DNA of 64,000 nucleotides from Mytilus trossulus (lineage: Eukaryota). The notes below the pieces were generated by a model. It saw only the letters and a program-made list of their open reading frames with translations. It made no database searches and was not told where the DNA came from. Shown piece by piece: positions 37,863 to 50,769 of this stretch (position 1 is its first letter; the number at the start of each line of letters is the position of its first letter). Where the stretch lies: positions 75,950,001-76,014,000 of the forward strand of contig NC_086375.1 in assembly GCF_036588685.1 (NCBI RefSeq). Direction: 5' to 3'. Both the position numbers and the translations under genes were made by a program.

Positions 37863-38269
37863 CATTGATAAATCTCTGCATGAGACAACTATACAACTTT
37901 ATATTATTTTTTATTACTTAATAAGTTGGATCAGCTGTTTATTTCCCTGGATAATCAGTGGAGTGTAACAGGGTAAATCAAGAGAAGCTTGGACTCTTGG
38001 TGAAACTTGTAACAAGCAAGATTAGATGAATAAATATTATTATGTTGTTAAAAAAAAAAAAAAACAGTATTATACCATTATTCGAAAGTCATAACTCGAT
38101 TGAGAGAAAACAAAACCGGTTTACAAACAAAAACTGAGGTTAACACATCAGATATAAGAGGAAAACAACGAAACAACAGAAACACTAAAGTGCAAAAAAA
38201 AAACCAACCAAAGACAATGCAACAAACACAAAGGTGTAAATATGTTATTATTATTATGACCATAGTAAT

Positions 38270-38500
38270 GTTAAATCATGTCAACACAGAAATGCTGACT
38301 ACTGGGCTGATGATATCCTCGGAAAATAAAAACAAAACCTGCAGTGGCATCGACCCGGATGGTTGTAAATAAACTTATCAAAGATACCAGGATTGAAATT
38401 TGATTTGCGCCAAACGCGAGTTTCGTCTACAAAAGACTCACCAGTGACGCTCGAAAAAAAAACATGTTAAAGGCCAAATAAAGTACGAAGTTGAAGAGCC
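38270..38500 (-). repeat. Retrozyme-type repeat fragment with degenerate hammerhead (38407-38450)
   Basis: Minus strand: GCGTCA CTGGTGA GTCT TTTGT AGAC GAAAC TCGC GTT TGGCGC. Confidence 0.7.
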
Positions 38501-40292
38501 ATTTTACATATCTTTTAACCTCTCTGGGATTTAAAGAAATTTTTTTTGACTGAAGGCAAAAACTGGATCGTTTTCTTTCACTAAATCATTGGGACATATA
38601 TAATATTTCTAAATACCTTTTATTGCAGAAATTTAGTCTTGATATTTAAGGAAAGAAACATATATGTCTCTGTTGAGGAATAAGTTTTAATACTGTATAC
38701 ATTTTTAAGTTATCAAAAGTACTGAAATTTCCACATCCGTCTACTAACACATTAATTAGTCGAGCCCTTTGTTGTCCAATCGTAAATAGAATTGATTGAT
38801 AACCAATCTTATTTGATAATTCTTATATATATATCATGTTTTAATTTGAGATTTGTATTGTATATCTAAAAGATCTTTCCATGCGACATATACTTCTTTT
38901 CAAAACATACTTTTCTTTTCAGTTTTTTATAAGGACCATGATATTGCATTTCCTAAAATCTTTTATCTTCTGAAAACATGAATAGATTCGAATAATTTCT
39001 AAAAAATATTTTAATCCAGGTTAAGTTAAAACCTTTTACGTGCAATTTTTAGCATTGTTACACCCTCCTGCACAGTGTGGTTTGTATAAAGTATTTTATT
39101 TCTCACTTTATCTGTCTTTTGTACCTTCTATTTTTATGTATTGTTGGTTTAATTTAGAACATACTGAGTGGGTTTGTTAGTGAGTTATTTCACTGTAATT
39201 GTAAGGGAAATTTGAACTAATGTTCAGTTATTGTGTATATATATGTACCGTAGAGAAATATAGAGCTTATTTTCATTTTAGTGTGTATCTACCGACTCAC
39301 TTGCAACATAAACTTAAATGCGTATGATGTAAATCTATGTTGTTCCAAAAAATGAAAAGCTCTTAACAAATACGAAGCAGTCCAGTAAAAATAAATAATG
39401 ACTTCAATCATGAGCTACCAACTTTTGACGTGTTATTTGCCCTGAAATTAAGAAAAGATTATTCGAACAGTAAATTATTTTAGATACACAGTTCAATAGT
39501 CTCTTTCTAAATCAAAATTTATGACACATCACTATTTATGAATTAATGAAATTTTGTATTCTGCGGTTTATATTTACGACACATTGTCTTTATTTCTTGA
39601 GGAAATCCCGTATTATAATGGGGCTTTTTTTTTTAATTTATAAAGCAATCAACAAAATTTATTATTATTGGTTCTTAGTAATCTGCAACAACGTATTCAA
39701 TTACATCTTTTAAATGTATCAGTTCTTTGCCTTTTTTTCAGAAAATGTAATGAAGTTTGTATAAATGTGTCTTAATGACCAACAGTAATTTTTGAAATTA
39801 TATATATTCTGTCTGATTTTTGCAATATTTCGTATTGCAAGAATTTTAGTGGTTTTTTTTATGGTAAAACAATTTAAACAAGAAAACTAACGGCTTGTTT
39901 TCATAAGAACCCAATTACTCGCAATTTATCACAGTAAGTTCAAAAACAATAACAACAAATAAAACAAACGCTGCATCAACAAATAAATTAACAAACATCC
40001 AATGGAGTCAGTGTTAAGACTTGAATCATAAACAGTCAGAGTTATCGACAGATTGTAGAGCCATGATGTGCATATGTATATTACAATAATATTCTAGTTT
40101 GATTTTAATTTACTGATAACAACATTGATATAATGGAAACATTAATCAAAGATCTATAAATTACAGTCTTGAATTGGTAATCTTTTAGAACAAGTTTATT
40201 TAACGAATCGATAAGTTTCCCGGATCGTTTCTAAATTTCCAGGCTCGGTAAACACCTTCTCCGTTAATAAAATCAACGGTACCAATTTTGTT

Positions 40293-40336
40293 GCACATGA
40301 TGCGCATTTCGACAAAACATGTCTCTTCAGTGATGC
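40293..40336 (-). ncRNA. Hammerhead ribozyme copy with damaged stem I
   Basis: Minus strand: GCATCA CTGAAGA GACA TGTTT TGTC GAAA T GCGC ATC ATGTGC; core intact, two stem I mismatches next to the cleavage site. Confidence 0.75.
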
Positions 40337-40641
40337 TCGTGGCCAAAATATTTGAAGTCCAAAGCTTATATAAAAGATGAAGAGCTATAATCCAAAAGGT
40401 CCAAAAAGTATAGCCAAATTCGTGAAAAGAATCAAAGCTTTGCATGAGGGAGATACATTCCTTTATTTATAATAATTTTTAATACTTTGTAACAGTAAAT
40501 TTTAATAACACAAAAAATCCGTATTTTCATGCAGGTACCGAAGTACTGGCTACTGGGCTGGTGATACCCTCGGGGACTAATAGTCCACCAGCAGAGGCAT
40601 TGACCCAGTGGTAGTAATAAAATCAACGGTACCAATTTATT

Positions 40642-40685
40642 GCACCAGATGCGCATTTCGACAAAACATGTCTCTTCAGTGATGC
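40642..40685 (-). ncRNA. Intact minimal type I hammerhead ribozyme
   Basis: Minus strand: GCATCA CTGAAGA GACA TGTTT TGTC GAAA T GCGC ATC TGGTGC; CUGANGA and GAAA cores, AUC cleavage triplet, stems I and II fully paired, palindromic GCGC loop III. Confidence 0.9.
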
Positions 40686-41324
40686 TCGTGGCCAAAATAT
40701 TTGAAGTCCAAAGCTTATATAAAAGATGAAGAGCTATAATCCAAAAGGTTCGGATTTTCTTACCCTTTTGAAATAAGTTGTCTACAGTGTCTGCAGGTAC
40801 AATCAAACTCTATTTGTTTATATCTACTGAAAGTTTAAACAAACCAAATGGTAAATCTTTGATTTTTTTTTAATTTTCTCCACTCTCCGGATATTTAATT
40901 GTATTTGATTGAAGTTGAAGAAATTCATGAAAAGAAATATAATGTTTACAGGTGCTGTGTATGCTTCACATAAGTCTTGGTCAATTTCAATCTATGGAAT
41001 GTGACGTAATCAAGCAGGTATCCCATAAACATATACTAGTATATAGATCAAGGACAGATAGCGACTGTGATCATTGTCCTCAATTTGCAGATACCAGACA
41101 AATCAATTGTATGAGTTTTCATAACTAACTGTTTATAAGAAGTGAGGAATTCTGATGAGAACATTGAGATCCCTAGATATCCTTGTAGATGAAGAAGGGA
41201 AATGAAACAAAGAGGGGAAAATTTCAAGTCATGAAACACCGTGCAATCTGGTCTTCAAGTAATAGAAACTACCAGAAAAACAAATCCTTTTTTTAAATTA
41301 AAATAATGTCGCTCGATAAAAAGA

Positions 41325-41770
41325 AAAATCACAAAAATACTGAACTTAGAGGAAAATCAATTCGGAAAGTCCATAATCACATGGCAAAATCAAATAACAA
41401 AACGCATCAAAAACGAATGGACGAGAACTGTCATATTCCTGACTTGGTACAGGCATTTTCAAATGTAGAAAATGTTGGATTAAACCTGGTTTTATAGCGC
41501 TAACCCTCTCACTTTAATGACAGTCTCATAAATTCCGTTATATTTACATTGATGCGTTAAATAAACACATACAATAGATCAAATAGTCAAAATATGGGTA
41601 CATCAGTCATCATCGTATAACAATTTAACCTTGTAAAAGGGACAATTTAACAGAACACAAAAACAACTACTATCTACAAACACATTCATTGACTTGAGTG
41701 TCTGACGTCAGAAAGTTTTATACGTACAAATATTTGTCGTTCAATGTGCTTACAAACAATTTTAAAATTT
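41325..41770 (-). repeat. SINE-like dispersed repeat (same family as 28085 and 30625)
   Basis: Reverse complement contains GCCTGTACCAAGTCAGGAATATGACAG and flanking blocks. Confidence 0.85.
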
Positions 41771-42733
41771 ACATAGGTAATGTTAGCATACAGGTTTAAA
41801 AATCAAAAGTATGTAAGAATAGATTACAGAAATAGACTGAGATTTAAACTAGTCCAAAAGTTATATATAGAATTAATAGGAATCCACAAATAGTTAATTC
41901 CACAAATAGTTAATTAATTGTCAAATGATAGAAAAGCCATTTCTTCATCCAATACCGCATTGATGAACGTAGTGCCTGTACAAAATCAGAGATATGATAG
42001 TTATTTTCCATCCATATGATGCGTTTGAGCTTATGGATTTTTGCCATTTGATAACGGATTTCTCGTTTTGTATTTTCCTGGGAATTCGGTGTTTTTTTTT
42101 ATATTTTACTTTATTTAGAAGAATATTGAACTTCTGTTTAGGACCAATACTTAGAAGAAAAATCTGGCAATGAGTATATGCTGAATATAATGTATGGTTC
42201 TATCATATATCTCTTATGAAAAGATATCTTATTCAACTATTGTAAAACTGTGGTTTTTTTAAAGTTCAATCCGTCTGAATAAACAACTACGTTTGCGGTA
42301 AGCAATACTGGTTAAAATATCAGCAACACATTAAATGCTATTTACATAATGTAAAATGTAATTCATCTTTAGGACATGATAAATAATTGGTTTAGCAGGT
42401 AGTATGATTTTGTGTTGCAATATTGTGGAAATAGCTTAAAAAAACAGAATAATAGAAAAAAGTAACTATACGTTTTAATTTAAGAATATATACCCCCAGT
42501 TCTCAAGTAAACTGACATCAGTTTTCCCATTTTTGAAATAAATATGAAGAAATTTCCGTTCAATTAAACTACATTGGAATCTAACAAGACTACAATTCTT
42601 TTATCTGACAAATCTCCAGTTACAGTAAATCCAGAAGAACGACTGAAATTGTGTTATTTTGTTATAGTATACTTGCGCTTTGACGTGACTGTAAACATGA
42701 TCATTTTACTTGAATTCAAAATATTCTTTTGAA

Positions 42734-43354
42734 TTATAGAATTCCGATGCAATGTTTTGTACAGTGATAAAGATTCCAGATAACGTCAACTACATATAAA
42801 ATGATAATTAGATGAAATTCCCCAAACAATAAGATTCGGACACAGTTTAATATGGTAACACACTTAAAAAAAGTCATCCATTCTCTTGCATCCTCGTATT
42901 TGACAGATTTTCCGAATAATTTTAAAAGGGAAATAGTCAAATGACCTATCATCACAATTTGCAGAAACATTTGCATAGATTGACATGTAGAAGCATCATT
43001 TCTTTCAGTAGTTTCGGTAACTGTAAACGCCAAGATATCGCAAAAATATCCAAGAAAGATCCGTATAAAATATCGGTATCCAAAGCACTGAACACTTGAT
43101 AGTCCAAGTTTAGAAACTGCTTTCATAACATAATCTTCGCTAACATCGTTCTCTCTTTTCTGAGAAATCTTCCCGTCTGTTTGTTTGTCATTTGTTGCTT
43201 GCGTCTTGTCATTTGTTACTTGCTTTTTGCAATTTGTTTCTTGCTTCTTGTCATTTTTTACTTGTTTCTTTCCATTTTTCACTTGCCCATTTGCTTGGTT
43301 TGTGCTAATCTGTGACGAATTAGGCTTTTTGCTCTGAGGTCTCTTCTTTCCCAT
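42734..43354 (-). CDS. Hypothetical intronless membrane protein (206 aa) with N-terminal 7-aa repeats
   Basis: Long ORF starting AAGATGG; about five KQ(V/E/A)(K/T)N(D/G/C)K repeats; 3-4 hydrophobic segments in the C-terminal half; TATAAAAG about 40 nt upstream. Confidence 0.65.
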   Translation of the reverse strand: MGKKRPQSKKPNSSQISTNQANGQVKNGKKQVKNDKKQETNCKKQVTNDKTQATNDKQTDGKISQKRENDVSEDYVMKAVSKLGLSSVQCFGYRYFIRIFLGYFCDILAFTVTETTERNDASTCQSMQMFLQIVMIGHLTISLLKLFGKSVKYEDAREWMTFFKCVTILNCVRILLFGEFHLIIILYVVDVIWNLYHCTKHCIGIL

Positions 43355-43390
43355 CTTTTCAAAAAGGATATTTGTCTTTCCGATTGTAGT

Positions 43391-43398
43391 CTTTTATA
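43391..43398 (-). promoter_or_regulatory. Candidate TATA box for the 206-aa ORF
   Basis: Minus strand TATAAAAG just upstream of the ATG at 43354; weak evidence in AT-rich DNA. Confidence 0.3.
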
Positions 43399-43570
43399 AA
43401 CCAAAATTGTTGCATACTTTTTAAAATTAAATTGGAATTTTGTTTATTCAATTACTGGTAGTTCCCATTTTAGAATAGTACTAGTTGCATAAATATTAAA
43501 TATAACTTGTATTTGTAATTGTTTGTTAGTTGGATTTTTTTAACGACACATGAATTCAAAATAATTTCAA

Positions 43571-45841
43571 TAGTGACGTGACGTTTTTAAATAATTACAG
43601 GTTAATTATCCATTCCAAAGATTTTTTAAAAATCGTATTTTTTTATAAACATAATAGTTAAATATAACTCCAATACATTCACGTCTCATTGGCTATACAT
43701 ATAGCTGGTAAAAATATACTTCCTTTATAAAGTCATAAGTATTAAAGAGACTATGTCAGGAATCACTGAGCCTTGAATAGAATGTCTTTTTGTTTTGTAT
43801 GAAATTGGAATTAAACAAATTGTATTTCATAAGATGCTTGCCAAAATATAACCTAAAACTAGTTAATACATTTTACAAAGTTAAAGAAGGAAATCAACAC
43901 TGTAAATTAAAATGAAAATAACATAAATATTGAACTCTAATAGAAATTCGAAAAGGAAAAATTGGCAAGTTAAAAGGTCAAACACAAGTGGTTTTATATG
44001 GCTGTATAATGGCACGTCTATGTCGCCGCCAACGTCGTCGGATTTTTTTTATTTGTATAAGTGTATAGACCCCTTTGACATTATATCACAAGTTTTATGC
44101 CACAAAAGGAAGGTTCAGGTTGTGTTTTTTTTTTTGGTTTTGTTATTGTTCTAACCGTGAAGGAATTATTAATAAACGACCAAAAACAAGGTTTCTGGTT
44201 TCCGGACAATAGATTCAGTATACAGTGGCGGATCCATAAATTTTCATAAGTGGGTCCCACTGACTGACCTAAGAGCGGGCCCGCTCCAGTCACGCTTCAG
44301 TGATTCCCTATATAAGCAACCAATTTTTTCCCCAAAAAAAGGGGGGGGGGCTATTATGCATTCGGTGATCTATACGATATGTCTGTGTCTAAACTAACAA
44401 AATAATGAAACTTTTACCACGTTTTTTGTTGTTTAACATCTTTGTCATCTGTCAGCTAAGTACTAAACATAACCTATTCCCTAATATGATTGTTATACCG
44501 AGTGTGCTTTTTCATTGTTATACGACGTGTCTCTGTATTTTGTACATCAAATATTTATTTATTTATTTTTTAATGTTTCTGTTATGGGTTAGTTTAGATA
44601 ATGTAATATGTCTTATCGTTTGTAGTTCGAATACATTATGTAGTTATAACTGCATAGTCCTGACTTGGTACAGGCATTTGCTTATTTTAAAATTGTCTTT
44701 CAATAGATATCAAAGTTACCAGGATTATAATCTAATACGCCAGACGCGTGTTTGCCTACATAAGACTTATCAGTGACGCTCAGATCAAAATAGTTATAAA
44801 ACAAACAAGTCAAAAGTTGAATAGCATTGAGCATTCAAAATTCCAAAAAAGTTGTGCCAAATACAGTTAAGGTAATCTATTCATGGGATAAGAAATCCTT
44901 AGTTTTTCGAATATATCATAGTTTTGGAAATTTGGAAATTTATGAACATAACCATATAATTGATATTCAATGCCACCATTGCCATGAACACAATTTGCGC
45001 GAGTAATGTTAAAATAATTTTATAATGTTTAAGATAACATGTAAGATACGTAGGTGCGTTACTGTTTGTGATTCTGTGGTGTCTGTCTGTGATGTAATAT
45101 GTTCGTTGTTGTTCTACGGTTTGTATGTTGAGTCGAATACTATATTATTCTTTTGGTGCGTTCCTCTGTAATGAATGTTCTTGCTTGTATTTGTTCTGTA
45201 TTCCTGTCACGTAGTGTGGTCATATTCTTTAAACATTGTCATAAAGTGGGAGGTTTGGCTACCCATTAAACCAGGTTCAACTCATCACTTCTTTTGTTAA
45301 AACGACCTGTACTAAATCAGGAGTAAGGCAGTTGCTATCAAATAGTTCGTTTCTATGTATGTTGGCGTTTGTTTTGTTGCACTCCAGTGTTACTTTTGTT
45401 TCTTTGTTTTCGTCTTATATTTGAAGTTTTCCCCTCGGTTTTAGTCTATAACCCGGGTTTGTTGTCTCTCAATCGATTGACGACTTTTGAACACCGGTAT
45501 AATACTGCTGCCTTCGTTAATTCATAAAAAAAATTGATGATTGTGGATAATTACCGTTGTAAAAGATTTTATAGTTGGGGCCCCCGTTTTCAAATAGGTT
45601 CAAAGTAACGTGCAAAGGGTCTTATACTAAACTTTTGTCCGTTTTTATCAAAAATGATTGAGGTTCTTTAACAGTTGACTTTTAACTTTGTTTTGAGATT
45701 TTTAAAGGAAGTATACCAGCTATATTTAAAGCCAATGAGTTTAATATATTTAACTCTTATGGTGTTTTTTTTAAATACGATTTTTAAAAATCTGTGGTAA
45801 GAATAATAGTCTTGTAATTATTTCAAGACGTCACGCCACTG
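43571..45841. mobile_element. Old TIR element (hAT-like ends) containing nested repeats
   Basis: TAGTGACGTGACGT..ATAATTACA..TTTTTAAAAATCGTATTT (43571-43642) is an imperfect inverse of 45770-45841 (..ACGTCACGCCACTG); no TSD found. Confidence 0.5.
44708..44970 (-). repeat. Retrozyme-type repeat fragment with degenerate hammerhead (44737-44779)
   Basis: Minus strand: GCGTCA CTGATAA GTCT TATGT AGGC AAAC ACGC GTC TGGCGT. Confidence 0.7.
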
Positions 45842-47530
45842 TTCACCAGTCATTCAAATTATTTCAAGAACGTAAATTATGGGCCTGGTCTTCAAATTGG
45901 GCCACAAAAGGTCCAAATTATAATTGTTTGATTTTAAACGTTGGCATGATGAGTTCTTGTGGTTCTTTGATATGCTGAATCTAAACATTTTGATTGTCAA
46001 TTATTTATTTATGTCGATATGTTCGATTTGCTTGTGTATGTAATAAAGTATTTGATTTAAGCTACAGTAATCGCTGTATTACTGAAAAATAATCAAACCA
46101 GGGTATTCGATATCACAATCTTGTCCGCACTCACAAAATTACTAAATCGATTCAAATACACCATTTGTAATAATAAATCACAAAACCACTTACGGGGGGA
46201 TGCTTGATTTTCAATAAATTAATAGACAGAATCTTTAATTAGTTTAATTGAGGACTGGAGCTGGCATGTCAGTAACTGCTAGGCGTCCGTTGTAAATATT
46301 AATGTATGTATCATTGTCTTTTCAACTTAATTTCGTTTGTTACCTATTCTGACATCAGACTATCGACTTCATTTGATCTGAATTAAACTTTGTGTATTGT
46401 TTGTGGATTGTACATATGCTAAGTATAGGGGTAGGGTTGAGATCTCCAGTTTAACACCACCAGATTTGAGCGCATGTCCCAAGTCTCTGGCCTATTTTAG
46501 TCTTATTTTTTTTTAATTTTAGTTCATTTATAGTTTGGAGTTTAATATGACGTCCATTCTTTTGTCTGTTTATTGCCTTTTATTCGGGTTATTATTTTGT
46601 TGACACAGTCCCCATTTCCATCCACAAGTTTATGTTTGTTGACACAGTAGTCCTGGATAACTGAACAGATAACAGAGATACCCACCCCTTAGGATGATAG
46701 TGGCTAAGTATGCTTTTTATTTCGCTCTGTAGTTTCAGAGGAGATTGATGTAAAAATTAATGTACAACTATGATAGATGTTGACCTTATAGGAATTTGGG
46801 TTCTCAACGCTCCTCAAGTTTGTACATTTGTATTTTACTTGGCCTTTTAACTGTTTTTTTTTTAAATTCTAGCATTACTGATGAGTCTTTTGGTGATGAA
46901 ACTTTTTTACACTTGGTGTTTGGGCAAACCAGCTATACATACATGTAAGATAAGATAGATATTGTGGATTCATTATTTTTCTTTTGGTACTAGATTTCAT
47001 GGATTTTGTAAGTATAAAATTAAATGAACCACAAATTCAAATCTTTCAAGAAGAACAAATTTCCCATTAACCTATATGCATATGCAGGATTTGTCCCACC
47101 CACAACAACAAGTAGCCATTAAAACAATATTTCCTTTATCCACAAATTCATGTAAATCCCTACCTAGTATGTTTTGTATATTCAGCATGTTTACATGTTT
47201 GATAAATAATAAATTAAATACATATGTAGTTATAAATTTGTAATTAGTAAATAAATTTGATTGTTAAGCTACAATACATTTCATTCAAAAGTAGTTGATC
47301 ATAAATAGTTACTTCCCAGTGAAATCTAAATGAAAATATGTGTAGCTACATGTAATGTATAAATTGATGACCTGCCTGCTCATTAATTGGTTTAATTGTC
47401 TGGAAAACAGAATATTGTCTGTTGAGCCTTTTGATAATGTTGTGTTTTATGTGAACATCTTATTTCCACAAATCTGAACCACTAGTTTTAAATAAATACA
47501 AGATTTCATATGACAATTTATATATAACAG

Positions 47531-47536
47531 TTTATT
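47531..47536 (-). promoter_or_regulatory. Candidate polyadenylation signal of TRAPPC1
   Basis: AATAAA on the minus strand about 40 nt after the stop codon. Confidence 0.5.
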
Positions 47537-47577
47537 GCACATCAAAAAATCAATTAGCTATTAGGTAAATAAGTTCA

Positions 47578-47706
47578 CTAGTTTATTCTACTTGGAAAAA
47601 ATGGTAGTCCTCTTATAAATTCATCAAGTTTTGTTTGAAATAGTTCACTTGTTATTGGTTTATCTAAGTCACATACTGGATTCCGTACAACATATTCCAC
47701 ATATAT
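47578..47706 (-). CDS. TRAPPC1: TRAPPC1/BET5 last coding exon (129 bp)
   Basis: TTTCAG acceptor, then IYVEYVVRNPVCDLDKPITSELFQTKLDEFIRGLPFFPSRIN*, matching the TRAPPC1 C-terminus (LYVELVVKNP..SELF..LD..LPFF). Confidence 0.95.
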   Translation of the reverse strand: MYVEYVVRNPVCDLDKPITSELFQTKLDEFIRGLPFFPSRIN

Positions 47707-47950
47707 CTGAAATAGACAATAGAGAAAATAAGTGCAGTTAGTATACATTGAATAATAATTGTTTAATTTTTTATCTAAGCAGTATATTTGCTCAAAATTT
47801 CAAAGATTAAAACATCTAGAAATTTTGCTAAAGCATAGATGATACTCATGTATCATTCACCTTGCAAGTTTACCCCCTAGTGTTTCTTACAGGATGATTC
47901 AGTGTGGTATGGCGATCTGCTATTATTTCTCGACACCCTGTCCATTTTAG

Positions 47951-50725
47951 AACCAGATGCTCCGCAGGGCGTAGCTTTATACGACTGCAGGGTTGAACCC
48001 TGAACGGTTGGGGCAATTATGGACACAACATTCAAGCTGGATTCAGCTCTTAATTTGGATTGTGATTAAATAGTTGACACAGCATAGGTTTCTGACACAG
48101 AATGAATGTGTTCTAATGAACTTAAAATTTTTGTTTTCTCTTAGAGCAATTCACTATGGTGTTGAATATTAATCCTCTCAAAAAAATGTTTAAAGAAATT
48201 TTCTATTTATTTATGAAATTTCAAATGAGAAAATTGAACCCAATTTTTTTAATCACATCCCCCTTTCCCTTATTCTAAAACTAATCTCAATCAAAATTTC
48301 TAATGGAGTTTGCAACAACAACTACTCATTCAAATACATCATAAAATATTAAGATGTAAAAAAACTGCTTGTTTAATATCACTGAATGGTAAAGATTATT
48401 TTAATTTATCAGATGGTAGTAAAAAGTGAATATACATTGTATATTGTATATAACAAAGATTTAAGTTGATTCTGGACAAAGAAAGATAACTCCAAATAAA
48501 ACAAATCTTGAAATTAGATATTTCTTGCTTACTATTCTGGACAAAGAAAGATAACTCTAATTAAAAAAAAAATTGCTATTTCACAATATTGTGCAATTAG
48601 ATATTTCTTGCCATTGCGCAATACTGTGCAATTGAAAAGACTTGCTATTGCACATTGCACAATACTTAATATATTAATTTCAGATCCTGATTTGAACCAA
48701 CTTGAAAACTGGGCCCATAATCAAAAATCTAAGTACATGTTTGGATTCAGCATATCAAAGAACCCCAACTTTAAATTTTTGTTAAAATCAAACTTAGATT
48801 TAATTTTGGACCCTTTGGACTTTAATGTAGGCCAATTTGAAAACAGGACCAACCAGATGCTCCGCAGGGCGTAGCTTTATACGACCGCAGAGGTTGAACC
48901 CTGAACGGTTGGGGCAAGTATGGACACAACATTCAAGCTGGATTCAGCTCTAAATTTGGATTGTGATTAAATAGTTGACACAGCATAGGTTTCTGACACA
49001 GAATGAATGTATTCAAATGAACTTAAAATTTTTGTTTTCTCTTAGAGCAATTCACTATGCTGTTGAATATTAATCCTCTCAAAAAAATGTTTGAAGAAAT
49101 TTTCTTTTTATTTATGAAATTTCAAATGAGAAAAATTGAACCCAATTTTTTAATCACATCCCCCTTTCCCTTATTCCAAAACTAATTTCAATTAAAATAT
49201 TCTAATGGAGTTTGCAACAATTACTACTCATTTAAATACATCATAAAATATTAAGATGTAAAAAAACTGCTTGTTATCACTGAATGGTAAAGATTATTTA
49301 AATTTATCAGTTGGTAGTAAAAAGTGAATATACATTGTATATTGTATATAACAAAGATTTAAGTTGATTCTGGACAAAGAAAGATAACTCCAATTAAAAA
49401 AAAATCTTGCAGATATTTCTTGCTTACTATACTGGACAAAGAAAGATAACTCTTAATTAAAAAAAATTTTGCTATTTCACAATATTGTGAAATTAGATAT
49501 TTCTTGCCATTGCACAATACTGTGCAATTGAAAAGACTTGCTATTGCACAAAACTTAATATAATAATTTTAGATCCTGATTTGGACCAATTTGAAAACTG
49601 GGCCCATAATCAAAAATCTAAGTACATGTTTAGATTCAGCATATCAAAGAGGCCCAAGAATTTAATTTTTGTTAAAATCAAACTTAGTTTAATTTTGGAC
49701 CCTTTGCACTTTAATTTAGACCAATTTTAAAACTGGACCAAAAATTAAGAATCTACATACACAGTTAGATTTGGCATATCAAAGAACCCCAATTATTCAA
49801 TTTTTGATGAAATCAAACAATGTTTAATTTTGGACCTCAATATGGACCAACTTGAAAACTGGGCCAATAATCAAAAATCTTAGTACATTTTTAGATTCAG
49901 CATATCAAAGAACTCAAAGGTTTTAATTTTTGTTAAAATCAAACTAAGTTTAATTTTGGACCCTTTGGACCTTAATGTAGACCAATTTGAAAACGGGACC
50001 AAAAATTAAGAATCTACATACACAGTTAGATTCGGCATATTAAAGAACCCCAATTATTCAATTTTGATGAAATCAAACAAAATTTAATTTTGGACCCTTT
50101 GGGCCCCTTTTTCCTTAACTGTTGGGACCAAAACTCCCAAAATCAATACCAACCTTCCTTTAATAGTCATAAACCTTGTGTTTAAATTTCATAGATTTCT
50201 ATTTACTTATACTAACGCTATGGTGAGAAAACCAAGAAAAATGCTTATTTGGGTCCCTTTTTGGCCCCTAATTCCTAAACTGTTGGGACCGAAACTCCCA
50301 AAATCAATACCAACCTTCCTTTTGTAATCATAAACATTGTGTTTAAATTTCATAAATTTCTATTTACTTTAACTTAAGTTATTGTGCGAAAACCAAGAAT
50401 AATGCTTATTTGGGCCCTTTTTTGGCCCCTAATTCCTAAACTGTTGAAACCAAAACTCCCAAAATCAATCCCAACCTTTCTTTTGTGGTCATAAACCTTG
50501 TGTCAAAATTTCATAGATTTCTATTAACTTAAACTTAAGTTATAGTGCGAAAACCAAGAAAATGCTTATTTGGGCCCTTTTTGGCCCCTAATTCCTAAAA
50601 TGTTGGGACCAAAACTCCCAAAATCAATACCAGCCTTCCTTTTATGGTCATAAACCTTGTGTTAAAATTTCATAGATTTCTATTCACTTTTACTAAAGTT
50701 AGAGTGCGAAAACTAAAAGTATTCG

Positions 50726-50769
<44 letters not shown>

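Larger units (their letters stand above)
31313..38062 (+). mobile_element. Full-length non-LTR retrotransposon, L1/Tx1 clade
   Basis: ORF1 + ORF2, AATAAA at 38029-38034, poly-A tail from 38050, TSD AACAGTATT at 31304-31312 and 38063-38071. Confidence 0.95.
40265..40749 (-). mobile_element. Non-LTR retrozyme, ~1.4 tandem units of ~349-350 bp with two hammerheads
   Basis: 40265-40400 is repeated almost exactly at 40615-40749; each copy carries a hammerhead motif; no real coding capacity. Confidence 0.85.

Noticed and set aside
40200-40806. 81-aa and 124-aa minus-strand ORFs with a shared peptide
   Set aside because: Translations of the tandem retrozyme repeat; conservation is explained by RNA structure
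46870-46920. CTGATGA..GAAAC hammerhead-like motif
   Set aside because: Same repeat family, but stems II and III and the cleavage triplet are lost, so not called as a ribozyme
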